From Candidatus Zixiibacteriota bacterium (lineage in GTDB: Bacteria > Zixibacteria > MSB-5A5 > UBA10806), in contig JAHEDG010000007.1 of NCBI GenBank assembly GCA_024641335.1, positions 18,061-82,060 on the forward strand: a stretch of 64,000 nt of DNA. Reading direction: 5' to 3'. The position numbers were made by a program, and so were the translations under genes. The notes below the pieces were generated by a model. The model saw nothing but the letters and a program-made list of their open reading frames with translations, did no database searches and was not told where the DNA came from. Positions 54,997 to 64,000 of this stretch are shown here, piece by piece; position 1 is the first letter of the stretch, and each line of letters starts with the position of its first letter.

Positions 54997-55590
54997 TTAG
55001 TGGTCGAAGGAGATTCTGTTTTCCAGGGCACCGGCCAGAGTGGCCCTATCGGTGAACTCGAGCGAGCCGCCGGCCGGAATGCCTCGCGCGATTCGGCTGA
55101 TTTTGATTTGGCCTGTTTTTAGGATTGAGTATAGGTAGGAGGCGGTCGCTTCTCCCTCGGTGCTGGGGTTGGTGGCCAGAATGATCTCGTGGATCCCATC
55201 TTTGATCCGTTTTTTCAAGGAGCTGATATTCAGATCATCCGGCCCTATACCGTCGAGCGGAGACAGCGCTCCGCCCAAAACATGATAGGCGCCCCTGTAT
55301 TCGTTGAGGGCTTCGATAGCGGACACATCGGAGGGTTCTTCGACGACACAGATCATCGAGTTATCGCGCGAGGTATCTGCGCAAATATCACAACGCTCCT
55401 GGTCGGCGAGATTGCCGCAGACCGCGCAGGGTTTGAGATTTCTCCGGGCATTGATTATTCTCTCGGAGATCTCTATGGATTCGTCCAGCGGTCTTTTCAA
55501 AAGATGAAAAGCCAGGCGGGCAGCGCTTTTTTTGCCGATACCCGGCAGCGAAGACAACGCTTCGATCAGTTCGTCCAATGATTTAGGCAT
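54997..55590 (-). CDS. recR: Recombination protein RecR
   Basis: HhH motif LPGIGKKSAARLAF, a C4 zinc finger (CAVCGNL...CDIC), and a Toprim domain. Confidence 0.95.
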   Translation of the reverse strand: MPKSLDELIEALSSLPGIGKKSAARLAFHLLKRPLDESIEISERIINARRNLKPCAVCGNLADQERCDICADTSRDNSMICVVEEPSDVSAIEALNEYRGAYHVLGGALSPLDGIGPDDLNISSLKKRIKDGIHEIILATNPSTEGEATASYLYSILKTGQIKISRIARGIPAGGSLEFTDRATLAGALENRISFDH

Positions 55591-55596
55591 ACACGT

Positions 55597-55914
55597 TTAG
55601 AACGGCAGGCCGGGGATCTTGATGCCTCCGGTGAGACCCGAAAGTCCTTCCATCTGCAATTCGTTGGCCTTCTCCTTAGCCTGGTTGACCGCGGCCAGAA
55701 CGAGTTCCTCGAGCATCTCGACGTCATCAGGGTTGACGACTTCGGGATCTATTTTTATCTCCAGAATCTCCTGTTTGCCATTGGCCACGACCTTGACCAT
55801 ACCGCCCCCTGAGGATCCCTCGACAGTTTTTTCGGCCAGTTCTTCCTGAATTTGTTCCATTTTGGACTGCATAGCCTGCATCTGTTTCATCAAATCGCCA
55901 AGTCCTTTAGCCAT
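55597..55914 (-). CDS. ybaB: Nucleoid-associated protein YbaB/EbfC
   Basis: [26 protein letters not shown]... matches the canonical YbaB family. Conserved position between dnaX and recR. Confidence 0.9.
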   Translation of the reverse strand: MAKGLGDLMKQMQAMQSKMEQIQEELAEKTVEGSSGGGMVKVVANGKQEILEIKIDPEVVNPDDVEMLEELVLAAVNQAKEKANELQMEGLSGLTGGIKIPGLPF

Positions 55915-55972
55915 GTATGCTCCTCTTATTAAGCCTAAGAAATATTCGTGCATTATTTGCTCCTCACCCTTT

Positions 55973-57649
55973 TCACTGCCCTAGAATCTCTCCCCCCATT
56001 ATATCAAACAAATTTTTCATCCCCGGTGATCCATCAAATATTTTTTCGGGGTTTTGAAGATCCGCTGAAGCGTTTCCGGCGCTGTTAGCGGCAGTTCCCT
56101 GAACCAATTTTAGTTTTAATTCCGACGAATAGTATTTACACAGCGCCAGTTCCAGCGAAGCTTTTGTATCGGCTTTGGAAAGCTGTTCGAACTGGAATGT
56201 TACGGGGCTTTGCACCTCGACCATCAGCAGGGTGTTATCGAGTTTGGATGGCCGGCAGAAGCCCAGATGGCCGAAAACCGCCTTATTATCGCGAAAAACA
56301 TATTTACGGAAGCCATCCCATCCCTCGATAATCGCTCCGATGGACAAAGAACCGTCGCGGGCAGGCGGCAAGAAATCGTCTTCGATATCCGGCGGCGGAG
56401 AAGGCGGCGGTACGCTGTTTTGCTGTTTTGGAGGAGATGGGCGAGGAACTGTTGGTCGGCCGACGGTCTCCCCTTTCGATCTATTTTCGGTCGACCTTGC
56501 AGGGGGGGCTGATTGCTGGCCGGGCGACTGGCTGTTCAGGAACGCTTCGATATTCAGCGCTCGATCGAGATTAGCGAGCTTTACGAGGGCCGCTTCCAGC
56601 GAGAACATCGGATCCTGGCCGAGTTTGGCGGCGGCTTTATAGTCGGCCAGCACGGTAAAGAAGCGCAGCAGGTCGACTGACTCGATATCTTCGAGTAGTT
56701 CGGCGGCTTTATCTATTTCCGATTTATCGAGTTCGAGTATCTCGGAATCATTGACACCGTTTTTGATCAGAAGGAGTGTACGGATATACCCTATAAGGGC
56801 ATCGGCGAACTCCAGAGGATCGCCTCCGGATTTCACAAAGGCTCCGAATTGAGTCAGGGCGCTTTTGGAATCGTGGCGGATCAGGGCTTCGGAAATATTA
56901 TAGAGAACTTCGGTTTTGACCAGCCCCAGGATTTCAGCGGCGGCCGCTGAGTCGATTTTGCTTTCGGTGATACTGGATAGCTGATCCAACAGCGAGAGAG
57001 CGTCGCGAAGAGAGCCATCGGCTTTTTTGGCGATCATCAGCGCGGCGTCGGCTTCGATGGTCAATCCTTCTTTCTGGGCGATGGAGTTGACCGATTCGGC
57101 CAGCGACGAGACCGGTATTCTTTTGAAATCATACCTCTGTGTCCGTGAAAGTATAGTAGCCGGCAGAGCCTGCGGTTCGGTGGTGGCGAAAATAAAGATC
57201 ACATGGGCGGGGGGTTCTTCGAGTGTTTTCAGGAGGGCGTCGAAAGCCTCTCTGGTAAGCCGATGAACCTCGTCGATGATATAGATCTTGTATCGTCCTC
57301 CGACCGGAGAGTAGCGGACATTTTCCCGCAGTTCCCTGATATCGTCGATACCCCGGTTGGAGGCGGCGTCGATTTCGAAGACGTCGGGGGACGAGCCTTT
57401 GACGATCTCGACGCAGACGGTGCATTCTCCGCAGGGGGCGGGAGTAGGTCCTTTTTCGCAGTTCAAGGCTCTGGCCAGCACTCTGGCGGTGGTTGTTTTA
57501 CCTGTGCCTCTGGGTCCGCAGAAAAGATAGGCGTGGGAAATTCGTCCTGATGATACGGCGTTTTTAAGGGTATTGGTGATATGATTTTGGCTGATGATAT
57601 GCTCGAAATCACCGGGTCGGTATCGTCTTGCCAAGGCTAAGTATGACAT
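55973..57649 (-). CDS. dnaX: DNA polymerase III subunit gamma/tau
   Basis: Start chosen at ATG 57649 ([12 protein letters not shown]). P-loop GPRGTGKTT, a zinc module CGECTVC, the DEVH box, and a Pro-rich linker. Confidence 0.93.
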   Translation of the reverse strand: MSYLALARRYRPGDFEHIISQNHITNTLKNAVSSGRISHAYLFCGPRGTGKTTTARVLARALNCEKGPTPAPCGECTVCVEIVKGSSPDVFEIDAASNRGIDDIRELRENVRYSPVGGRYKIYIIDEVHRLTREAFDALLKTLEEPPAHVIFIFATTEPQALPATILSRTQRYDFKRIPVSSLAESVNSIAQKEGLTIEADAALMIAKKADGSLRDALSLLDQLSSITESKIDSAAAAEILGLVKTEVLYNISEALIRHDSKSALTQFGAFVKSGGDPLEFADALIGYIRTLLLIKNGVNDSEILELDKSEIDKAAELLEDIESVDLLRFFTVLADYKAAAKLGQDPMFSLEAALVKLANLDRALNIEAFLNSQSPGQQSAPPARSTENRSKGETVGRPTVPRPSPPKQQNSVPPPSPPPDIEDDFLPPARDGSLSIGAIIEGWDGFRKYVFRDNKAVFGHLGFCRPSKLDNTLLMVEVQSPVTFQFEQLSKADTKASLELALCKYYSSELKLKLVQGTAANSAGNASADLQNPEKIFDGSPGMKNLFDIMGGEILGQ

Positions 57650-57677
57650 TGGTATTACATCTCTCCCAGGATAATAA

Positions 57678-57948
57678 GCCGCGCACCCACCGTTGACCCA
57701 TCGTTTCGGGGACCCGATCCGGCTTTGGGCTGGGATCAGACTGCCCCGCGGCACACGCCGCTGCCGCTTACCGCTGCTACCTTCCGGTCCTGACGGGGTT
57801 AGGCGGCCGTCCGTTGCGCGGGATCTGATCCTTTATAACGCTTCCGGCCGGCTGGATTTCCCGAATGATCGGACCGCCGGTGGGACTTCAACCCCGGTAT
57901 AGCGGATTCCGGGTTACAGGGCACCGCTAACTCCCCGTCTAGCACGAC
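57678..57948 (-). ncRNA. ffs: Signal recognition particle RNA, long (Bacillus/archaeal-type, Alu-domain-containing) form
   Basis: The minus strand reads GUCGUGCUAGACGGGGAGUUAGCGGUGCCCUGUAACCCGGAAUCCGCU..., which closely parallels the 5' Alu domain of B. subtilis scRNA. The domain IV core GUCAGGACCGGAAGGUAGCAGCGG is present. The 5' GUCGUGC pairs with the 3' GCGCGGC. The ends are approximate. Confidence 0.85.
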
Positions 57949-57952
57949 ATTC

Positions 57953-58028
57953 TGGTGGAGCAGAACGGGATCGAACCGTCGACCTGTACGTTGCGAACGT
58001 ACCGCTCTCCCAGCTGAGCTACTGCCCC
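57953..58028 (-). tRNA. tRNA-Ala (anticodon CGC)
   Basis: A 76-nt cloverleaf: acceptor GGGGCAG/CTGCTCC with the G3:U70 identity pair, D arm GCTC/GAGC, anticodon stem GTACG/CGTAC with loop TTCGCAA, T loop TTCGATC, and an encoded CCA. Confidence 0.95.
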
Positions 58029-58138
58029 ACGTACATTTCAGCTCAAACTTCCGCAGGGCAAAATATGCAATATTGGCTGTTATCGCAAGAGCAATTTCAA
58101 GAGGGAATATATCTGCGGCGGCAGCGTCCGATCTACAT

Positions 58139-58160
58139 GTCAGGCCGCAGGCGGTCTGAT
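58139..58160. repeat. REP-like palindrome GTCAGGCCGC-AG-GCGGTCTGAT
   Basis: Hairpin of about 9-10 bp including G-U pairs, flanked by GATCTAC on both sides. It is related to the palindromes at 59030, 48913 and 49217. Confidence 0.6.
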
Positions 58161-58354
58161 CTACGGCTATTGCTCGGTGGGTTTTGTCGGAATAGCGGGG
58201 CTTTTGACCATCAACAACGACTCTACGACCCGATACCGAAGAAAAAAATCGGGATTTCTTGATTTTTCTCAATTCCAACTGACCGATTCTGTCAGTCGGC
58301 TTTCTTACAATTATAATCGCGGTTGATAAAAACCATTAAGCCAGGGAGGATAAA

Positions 58355-58594
58355 ATGGCAGTATCGGAGCAGAGAGAGGCGATTTTTTCGAAAACGATCA
58401 AGACCAAGGGACGGACCTATTTTCTCGACGTCAAGGAAGCATCGAACGGCAATAAGTACCTGACTATCTGCGAGACCCGCAAGGTCGACGGCGAGTGGCA
58501 GAGAAACCGGATCATGGTTTTCGACGACAACATCCCGGCTTTTTTCCAGGGCCTCAAGGAAGCCGCGCCGAGTTTGCGGGGGGATGGGATATAG
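58355..58594 (+). CDS. DUF3276 / PUR-alpha-like nucleic-acid-binding protein
   Basis: 79 aa. IFSKTIKTKGRTYFLDVKEASNGNKYLTICETRK...NRIMVFDD matches the bacterial Pur-alpha-like repeat pattern. Confidence 0.65.
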   Translation: MAVSEQREAIFSKTIKTKGRTYFLDVKEASNGNKYLTICETRKVDGEWQRNRIMVFDDNIPAFFQGLKEAAPSLRGDGI

Positions 58595-58731
58595 GTCTAA
58601 AATGTTCTCATAAGCGGATTTTTGTTGAAAATGTCATAAACGTATCGGATACTTAACTCGGGACGTATCCGCATTCTTGATTGGCATCACTTGATTATAG
58701 GCGTTCGATAGTCGATAACAAGGAGGCTCTT

Positions 58732-58989
58732 ATGTACGCGAAGCTCGATATCCGAGCGTTAGCTCTGACATTCGGCCTGATTTGGGGATTTGGCCTTTTC
58801 TTTATCACCTGGTGGATCATCTTGTTCGATGGCGCCGCCAGCGGGCCGATCTGGATCAGCCGGATTTACCGCGGCTACTCGATAACGCCTATAGGAAGCG
58901 TAATCGGTCTGGTCTGGGGAATCTGCGACGGATTTATCGGCGGCCTGATTTGCGGGTGGCTGTATAACAAGCTGGTCAGGGCGAAATAA
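58732..58989 (+). CDS. Small hypothetical membrane protein (3 TM helices)
   Basis: AGGAGG (58721-58726) precedes ATG 58732. Gly/aromatic-rich hydrophobic helices. Confidence 0.5.
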   Translation: MYAKLDIRALALTFGLIWGFGLFFITWWIILFDGAASGPIWISRIYRGYSITPIGSVIGLVWGICDGFIGGLICGWLYNKLVRAK

Positions 58990-59029
58990 GGTATTTTGTC
59001 GGAAGAGCAGTGCTTCCGACCTACTACTT

Positions 59030-59051
59030 GTCAGGCCGCCTGCGGCCTGAC
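59030..59051. repeat. REP-like palindrome GTCAGGCCG-CCTG-CGGCCTGAC
   Basis: Perfect 9-bp stem flanked by CCTACTA direct repeats and preceded by a second hairpin GTCGGAAG/CTTCCGAC (58998-59020). Confidence 0.65.
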
Positions 59052-59144
59052 CTACTATTACTTTTAAGGCGGAGATTGGAGTTGGAGTATTTTTACTATT
59101 CAATCGTTCTTGCTTTATCGGTCCAATTCTATTATAAACTATCT

Positions 59145-60326
59145 ATGAAAAAGAAAATAATCGTTTTTACGATTCTACTCGGAGGGATATTGGCCTGTTC
59201 AATTGTCAACCGTGATCCGGCAAGGATTCATCGCGAGGCTATGGTGGTCGATCTGCACAGCGACACGGTTCTGCGCATGGTCGAGGAGGGGTTCGATTTT
59301 TCCGGGCGGGACTCGTCGGGGCATATGGATCTCCCCCGGCTCAAGGAAGGCGGGGTCGATCTGCAGGTTTTCGCCTGCTGGCTCGATACCAACACCCCGG
59401 CCGAGAAATGCCGGGCCACAGTGGATCAACTGATCGATTCCCTCGACGCCCAGCTCGGGCGCAATCCCGATAAGATCGAGCAATGCCGGACCGCGGCGGA
59501 CGCGGAGAGGATCATCGCCGACGGCAGGATCGCCGCTTTTTACGCTATCGAAAACGGTGTGGCCATAGAGAGCGATCTCGATAATCTCCAGCATTTCTAC
59601 GACCGCGGCGTGCGTTATATGACATTGACCCACACCGCCTCCAATGACTGGTGCATATCGTCGGCCGATACAACTCCCGCGTTCCACGGGCTGACCGATT
59701 TCGGACGTGACGTTGTCCTCAGGATGAACGAGTTGGGAATGATAGTCGATATCTCTCACGCTCATCCGTGGGCGGTTGACGAGGTTCTGAAGATCACTAC
59801 GGTCCCGGTTATAGCGTCGCATTCCTGCGTTCATGCCCTCTGTCCTCATGATCGCAACCTGACCGACGAGCAGATTAAGGCGATAGCCGGGAACGGCGGA
59901 GTGATCGGAATTAATTTTTACACCGGGTATCTATCGAAAGAATACAACGATCTCGATAATTCGTTCGAGGCGGAACACAAAACCGAGATCGATTCTTTTA
60001 CGGCGTTGTACTCCGATTACGGCGAACGCCGTCGAGCCATGAAAGATATTTACGCCGAGTTCGGCCGGAAGGTCGATTCGCTGGGAATCGACTATAATAT
60101 TATCCTGGACCATATCGATTATATTGTTGAGCTGGTAGGTCCGGATTATGTGGCCTTGGGCTCTGATTTCGACGGAGTACACCGGATACCCAAAGGTATC
60201 GACGATTGCTCGATGATGCCGAATATCACCAGCGGTTTGGTGGAGCGAGGTTATTCGGAGAAGGATATCAGGAAAATATTGGGCGGCAATTTCATCAGGG
60301 TTTTCCAGCAAGTTTGCAATAAATAA
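59145..60326 (+). CDS. Membrane dipeptidase (peptidase M19), lipoprotein
   Basis: ATG 59145 and lipobox GGILAC. M19 motifs are VVDLHSDTV, YMTLTHTASN and VIASHS. Confidence 0.85.
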   Translation: MKKKIIVFTILLGGILACSIVNRDPARIHREAMVVDLHSDTVLRMVEEGFDFSGRDSSGHMDLPRLKEGGVDLQVFACWLDTNTPAEKCRATVDQLIDSLDAQLGRNPDKIEQCRTAADAERIIADGRIAAFYAIENGVAIESDLDNLQHFYDRGVRYMTLTHTASNDWCISSADTTPAFHGLTDFGRDVVLRMNELGMIVDISHAHPWAVDEVLKITTVPVIASHSCVHALCPHDRNLTDEQIKAIAGNGGVIGINFYTGYLSKEYNDLDNSFEAEHKTEIDSFTALYSDYGERRRAMKDIYAEFGRKVDSLGIDYNIILDHIDYIVELVGPDYVALGSDFDGVHRIPKGIDDCSMMPNITSGLVERGYSEKDIRKILGGNFIRVFQQVCNK

Positions 60327-60383
60327 GAATAGAGGATCGGTACCACACGATTCCGCGTCAGAGATCAGAGGCGGTTTTGCGGT

Positions 60384-61100
60384 ATGGCTCAGAAGGATGT
60401 AAAAATAGAGTTTTACCGGATAACGGAAATAAGGCCGGTCACGCATGATACGCTTCAATTTAAGTTCGATCTTCCGAGCCCCGGCTCATTCGATTTTTTT
60501 CCCGGCGATCATCTCAAAATTTATCCAGACAGAGAAAAGCGGTTGGAATACCGTTTATATACACCGACTTCAACGCCTGATACCAGGGATCATTTCGAGC
60601 TGATCATAAAGCATTACCCGGCCGGCAAGGTATCTGGCTATATGAGCGCCAGGAAGATCGGCGATGAGATCGCCATAAGCGGCCCTCACTTCGGAGGGCA
60701 TTTCACCGACGGCATGGCCAGAAAGGTCGGCATGATCGCGGGGGGATCTGGGATAACGCCGATGATCTCGATGATCAGGCATATTCTCGGCCACAGGCTG
60801 GAAGTCGAGATATCGCTCTTGTTCGCCAATAAGACGGTCGAGGATATTATTCTGAAATCGGAATTCGACGGTTATGCCGATGAGCGCGATAATTTCAGCC
60901 GTTATTATACGCTGGATAATCCGCCTGATGGCTGGGCAATGGGGGTCGGCAGGATCGACGAGACGATGATGATGGCGCGGATGCCTGAAGCGGGTGACGA
61001 TACGGTGATATTCATTTGCGGACCTCCGATGATGCAAATAGGCTTGAAAAACAGCTTAGTAGCATCCGGTTACGAATCGGACAGGGTGATATTTCCATAA
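60384..61100 (+). CDS. FAD/NAD(P)H oxidoreductase, ferredoxin-reductase/cytochrome b5 reductase-like
   Basis: FAD-binding RLYTPTS and GKVSGYM, NAD-binding GGSGITPM, and C-terminal ICGPPMM. Confidence 0.75.
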   Translation: MAQKDVKIEFYRITEIRPVTHDTLQFKFDLPSPGSFDFFPGDHLKIYPDREKRLEYRLYTPTSTPDTRDHFELIIKHYPAGKVSGYMSARKIGDEIAISGPHFGGHFTDGMARKVGMIAGGSGITPMISMIRHILGHRLEVEISLLFANKTVEDIILKSEFDGYADERDNFSRYYTLDNPPDGWAMGVGRIDETMMMARMPEAGDDTVIFICGPPMMQIGLKNSLVASGYESDRVIFP

Positions 61101-61125
61101 AAAAAAGATATTTCGGCAATTTATA

Positions 61126-62295
61126 TCAGGGTTGAAGACTGGTAATCAGCGATTCTCTTTTGGCGTAGAACGTATTTTTCTCCCTGGCGACCAGACCGAT
61201 ATCGGCAAGCAGGTCAAGATCGCGGGAGACAGTCCTGGGGTGCATCTGGCGGTAGGCCCTGGCGATTCTGGGAGTTATATAACGGATTTCGTTTAACGTT
61301 GCCGGTTCCTGCCTTGAGGAAAGGTCGAGAATCAGCCATTTGCGCCGCCGCCAGGATTTGGAGTTTTCTTTTCCTGTGAACTGGCGGTCAATGTGGCTTG
61401 TCCAGGCTATAAATGAATACTGCCCGCGCAGCAGCCGCAATTGTTCGTTCAGGCCATCGAGGAGACCTTTGACGGCATAGGAAATAAAGCCTCTGATATC
61501 GCCGGTTCTGATGGCTATATCGAACTGTTTGAAATATTCGGATTTCGCGGCGGTATAGCGGATACCGGGCAGAAGAGCGGCGGAAAACGACAGGCCGGAT
61601 CGAAGGAAAATCTCGAATTCCAGAAACCGGGCTATCGCGGGAGTTCCAGTTGTGAATGGAAATATCAGGAGGGTATTAATATGGGCGATAATCCCGGCCA
61701 AGATTCCATAAACCAGCTTATTATCATTTTCCCCGACACGCGATCTTATTTCATCAAGCCATTGGCATAGGCATTCGAGCAAAGGAGAAACATCCTCGCC
61801 CGACGGATACTCATAATCGGAGGAGCTTTTAATTCTTCCTGTTCTGAAATTCCCGGTTTCAGGGAGGCGATTTTTCATGATCTCTTTATGTAGATTCCTG
61901 ATTCTCTCCGGGGTTATGGCGGCCGGAGGATCTTCGCGGACATAATCGGCCACAGCCTTGAAACCGGCCATCAAATCAATAGAGTCGTTTCGAACGTTTT
62001 CGCCGGGATCGCTAACCGGAGCCTTATGTTCGATAATCCTCCGGATTTCCCCGGATTCGAGATTGACCCCTTCGAAAGTCAAAACGGCGCCTATGGCACG
62101 GGCCAGATACTCGGTTTCGATTTTGGCGGCAGTTTCGGGCAGGATCGGCATAGCGGCGATCTGTTCGCATTTGGCGGCGCATTCGCCCAGCATGATCCAG
62201 GTTTTGATAAGAGGACGCAGATCGACCTCGAATTTGATATTGGAGGTCGAATAGAATTGATCTGTCAATTTGGAAGTCATCGTATCAGTCACCAT
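61126..62295 (-). CDS. Fic/Fido-domain protein with degenerate active-site motif and C-terminal winged-helix domain
   Basis: Fido-fold context AHINTLLIFPFTTGTPAIARFLE, where the canonical motif is HPFx[DE]GNGR. The C-terminal HPRTVSRDLDLLADIGLV is wHTH-like. Confidence 0.55.
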   Translation of the reverse strand: MVTDTMTSKLTDQFYSTSNIKFEVDLRPLIKTWIMLGECAAKCEQIAAMPILPETAAKIETEYLARAIGAVLTFEGVNLESGEIRRIIEHKAPVSDPGENVRNDSIDLMAGFKAVADYVREDPPAAITPERIRNLHKEIMKNRLPETGNFRTGRIKSSSDYEYPSGEDVSPLLECLCQWLDEIRSRVGENDNKLVYGILAGIIAHINTLLIFPFTTGTPAIARFLEFEIFLRSGLSFSAALLPGIRYTAAKSEYFKQFDIAIRTGDIRGFISYAVKGLLDGLNEQLRLLRGQYSFIAWTSHIDRQFTGKENSKSWRRRKWLILDLSSRQEPATLNEIRYITPRIARAYRQMHPRTVSRDLDLLADIGLVAREKNTFYAKRESLITSLQP

Positions 62296-62557
62296 TTTTG
62301 TCGAATTAGTTTGTTGGTATTCATCGCGATACCCTGTTTTTTGCCATATTTAGACGATGGGATTGTTCTTCAATCCGTCTTTGTCTATGTCCATAGGATC
62401 GGACGATTACGGGGGACGCTTAATACTAAATAATAGGATTATATTTTTCCTGATTCAGGCTCCAAGCGCCTGGTTTTCGAAGAAATGAGGTATTAGAAAG
62501 GGATATTCAAGAATCAAGGGACGCGGGATTTATCGTGGGCCGGGATAGCCCCTGGAA

Positions 62558-63169
62558 TCAGCGGGTTTTTATCCCTCGCATAAAGAGTTCTATAAAGGTC
62601 TCGGCCGATTTTTTCAAATTGAAGTTTTTCCGGTCGGCCATCCATTGGAGATAGAACCCGTCACCTGCGGCCATCAGAGCACTGGAAGCGGCCCGGGCAT
62701 CAATCTGGCCGAATATTCCGTTTTCCATCCCTTTGCGCAAGGCTCCTCCGAGAAGTTCCCGGTATTGTACGTAGATCAGGTTCATATCGAAGGCCATATC
62801 GCCGTCGTTCTCTTTCTGTCTGATACCGTAGGACCAGAGATCGGGCAGAATCTGGGCGACATCGTTGAGATTGAGCGATTCGATGTCAACATAGGCCAGA
62901 AAACCGGCTTTGAGTTTTTCTTCAGGTTCCTGGAATTCGGCCATTCTTTGTCTGACCAGGCTATTCATATGAACAATGAGATAATTGAAAGCCATTTGCA
63001 GAAGCTCATCTTTGCTTTTGAAATATTCATAGACCGTACCTTTGGCGATTCCGGCTTTTTCTGCCACGGTTTCCATTTTGGTTTCAGCGATTCCCTGGCG
63101 CGCGAAGATCTTCATAGCGGCCCGCAATATCTTTTCTTTTTTAGCTTCCCGATCAACTTTCTTAGGCAT
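62558..63169 (-). CDS. TetR/AcrR family transcriptional regulator
   Basis: N-terminal HTH ETKMETVAEKAGIAKGTVYEYFKSKDEL, with a helical ligand-binding domain. Confidence 0.9.
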   Translation of the reverse strand: MPKKVDREAKKEKILRAAMKIFARQGIAETKMETVAEKAGIAKGTVYEYFKSKDELLQMAFNYLIVHMNSLVRQRMAEFQEPEEKLKAGFLAYVDIESLNLNDVAQILPDLWSYGIRQKENDGDMAFDMNLIYVQYRELLGGALRKGMENGIFGQIDARAASSALMAAGDGFYLQWMADRKNFNLKKSAETFIELFMRGIKTR

Positions 63170-63283
63170 AACACACCCTCCGGCTATTTAGCGACCGACC
63201 AGTCAGTTTCTCGGTAATTGTATGGAGATCAATATGATCCGTCAAGAAATAAAATCGAGGGAAATTCGGAAAACGCGTTTTTT

Positions 63284-64000
63284 TTATCTTGGTGAGAAGG
63301 CCTCGATCAGATTCATGGCCTGGTTTTTTACGCGGTATTGAGGGAAAAAGGAGCTTTCGATTTCGGCTCCATGCGAGTCTTTGAATTTGACGGTGATATC
63401 GTAGGTTCCGGGTTCGAGTTCGATATCTCCGACAAAGATCTTACCGGGGAGATACCGCGCGCAACGAAGATCGGCATTTTCGGAGATATCCGAGGCAACA
63501 TCGACAGCGGCTTTTTTCAACCATCCTTCGAGGCCTCCGGTATCGGCTTTCTTTTTCAGCTTATGCGCGGTCAAACCCTTGGCGACCGCCCTGGCTACCG
63601 AGCGGAGATAGATCAGCGAACTTTTAGCCTTGAATGTTTCTTCGGCCACCCGGGAGATGTCTTCGATGAGCCCAAGTTGTCCGACAAATTTCGAATCGGC
63701 GTAAACCTCGACTTTGCTGACAGCCGAAGGTCTGGGGACCAGTTTGGGGATGGCGAATTTGAAATAATAATCCTCGGAAACCGGTATAGGCAGATGACCA
63801 TACTCGGTGTCTTTGTTTTCGCCGTCGGTATAGAGGATTTGCACGAGGTCGAGATCCTTATCGGTTCGGATGCGCAGATTCACCGCTTCTTTGATCGGGG
63901 CCAAGCCGGCCAGACCTACCACGCTAAGCACAGTCGATTTCCCATCGGGAATTTTGACATCAGGGGGTTGGAAATCGTAGATATGAGGCTGGGTCTGGAA
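63284..64000 (-). CDS. Hypothetical protein (5' end outside the window)
   Basis: The minus-strand frame stays open from the ORF-track GTG at 63931 up to nt 64000 (FQTQPHIYDFQPPDVKIPDGKST-VLSVVG...). No family was recognised. Confidence 0.5.
   Translation of the reverse strand, partial: FQTQPHIYDFQPPDVKIPDGKSTVLSVVGLAGLAPIKEAVNLRIRTDKDLDLVQILYTDGENKDTEYGHLPIPVSEDYYFKFAIPKLVPRPSAVSKVEVYADSKFVGQLGLIEDISRVAEETFKAKSSLIYLRSVARAVAKGLTAHKLKKKADTGGLEGWLKKAAVDVASDISENADLRCARYLPGKIFVGDIELEPGTYDITVKFKDSHGAEIESSFFPQYRVKNQAMNLIEAFSPR

Noticed and set aside
57022-57028. A-rich run (AAAAAAG on the minus strand) in dnaX as a possible programmed -1 frameshift site for a gamma subunit.
   Set aside because: In the zero frame it reads GCC AAA AAA GCC, which is not the A-AAA-AAG register. 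It lies at about codon 208, inside the ATPase/clamp-loader core. A shift there would truncate within essential domains, and there is no downstream stem-loop of the E. coli type.
57799-58278. 159-aa minus-strand ORF, plus the ORFs at 57693-57902 and 58065-58262.
   Set aside because: They run through the SRP RNA, tRNA-Ala and a REP-like palindrome. The RNA genes explain the sequence conservation.
1-64000. Search for CRISPR arrays, rRNA genes, IS elements/transposases, integrases and prophage genes.
   Set aside because: No regularly spaced direct repeats, no rRNA-like sequence and no transposase- or integrase-like ORFs were seen. The only candidate horizontally acquired segment is the R-M island at about 13960-15950.

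Overview
This 64-kb chromosomal window is roughly 50% GC by eye and comes from a diderm bacterium. A PorV-like outer-membrane protein, an LptE-like lipoprotein, Omp85-type barrels and several proteins ending in an NPFNP...VYFYRL Por_Secre_tail/FlgD-Ig-like domain suggest an uncultivated FCB-superphylum-like lineage; this is inference only. Most of the window is housekeeping: nuoLMN, htpX, hutU/hutI, purL, lpxH, murA, rlmD, htrA, a CDF transporter, an ECF sigma/anti-sigma pair, an M19 dipeptidase, and tRNA-Ala(CGC), a long-form SRP RNA, then dnaX-ybaB-recR. The main findings are as follows. (1) Two tandem paralogous genes (31133-32188 and 32443-33498) are truncated by the ORF track. Each has an upstream RBS, ATG and signal peptide, an in-frame TGA inside a U-x-x-C motif, and an identical SECIS-like hairpin just after it. 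They are predicted secreted thioredoxin-fold selenoproteins with T9SS-type C-terminal domains, next to a TlpA-like reductase and an outer-membrane barrel. (2) A HIT / HTH-fused LeuC-like / LeuD-like operon has every Fe-S ligand and catalytic motif of the aconitase family substituted. (3) An SbcCD-like pair has a membrane hairpin inside the ATPase and a phosphoesterase lacking almost all metal ligands. (4) An AT-rich type II restriction-modification island splits hutU from hutI. (5) An archaeal-type GatD homologue is present. (6) Smaller observations include REP-like palindromes, a degenerate Fic protein, an acidic insertion in NuoL and a PTS-EIIA/CBS fusion. No rRNA, CRISPR array, transposase or integrase was seen.
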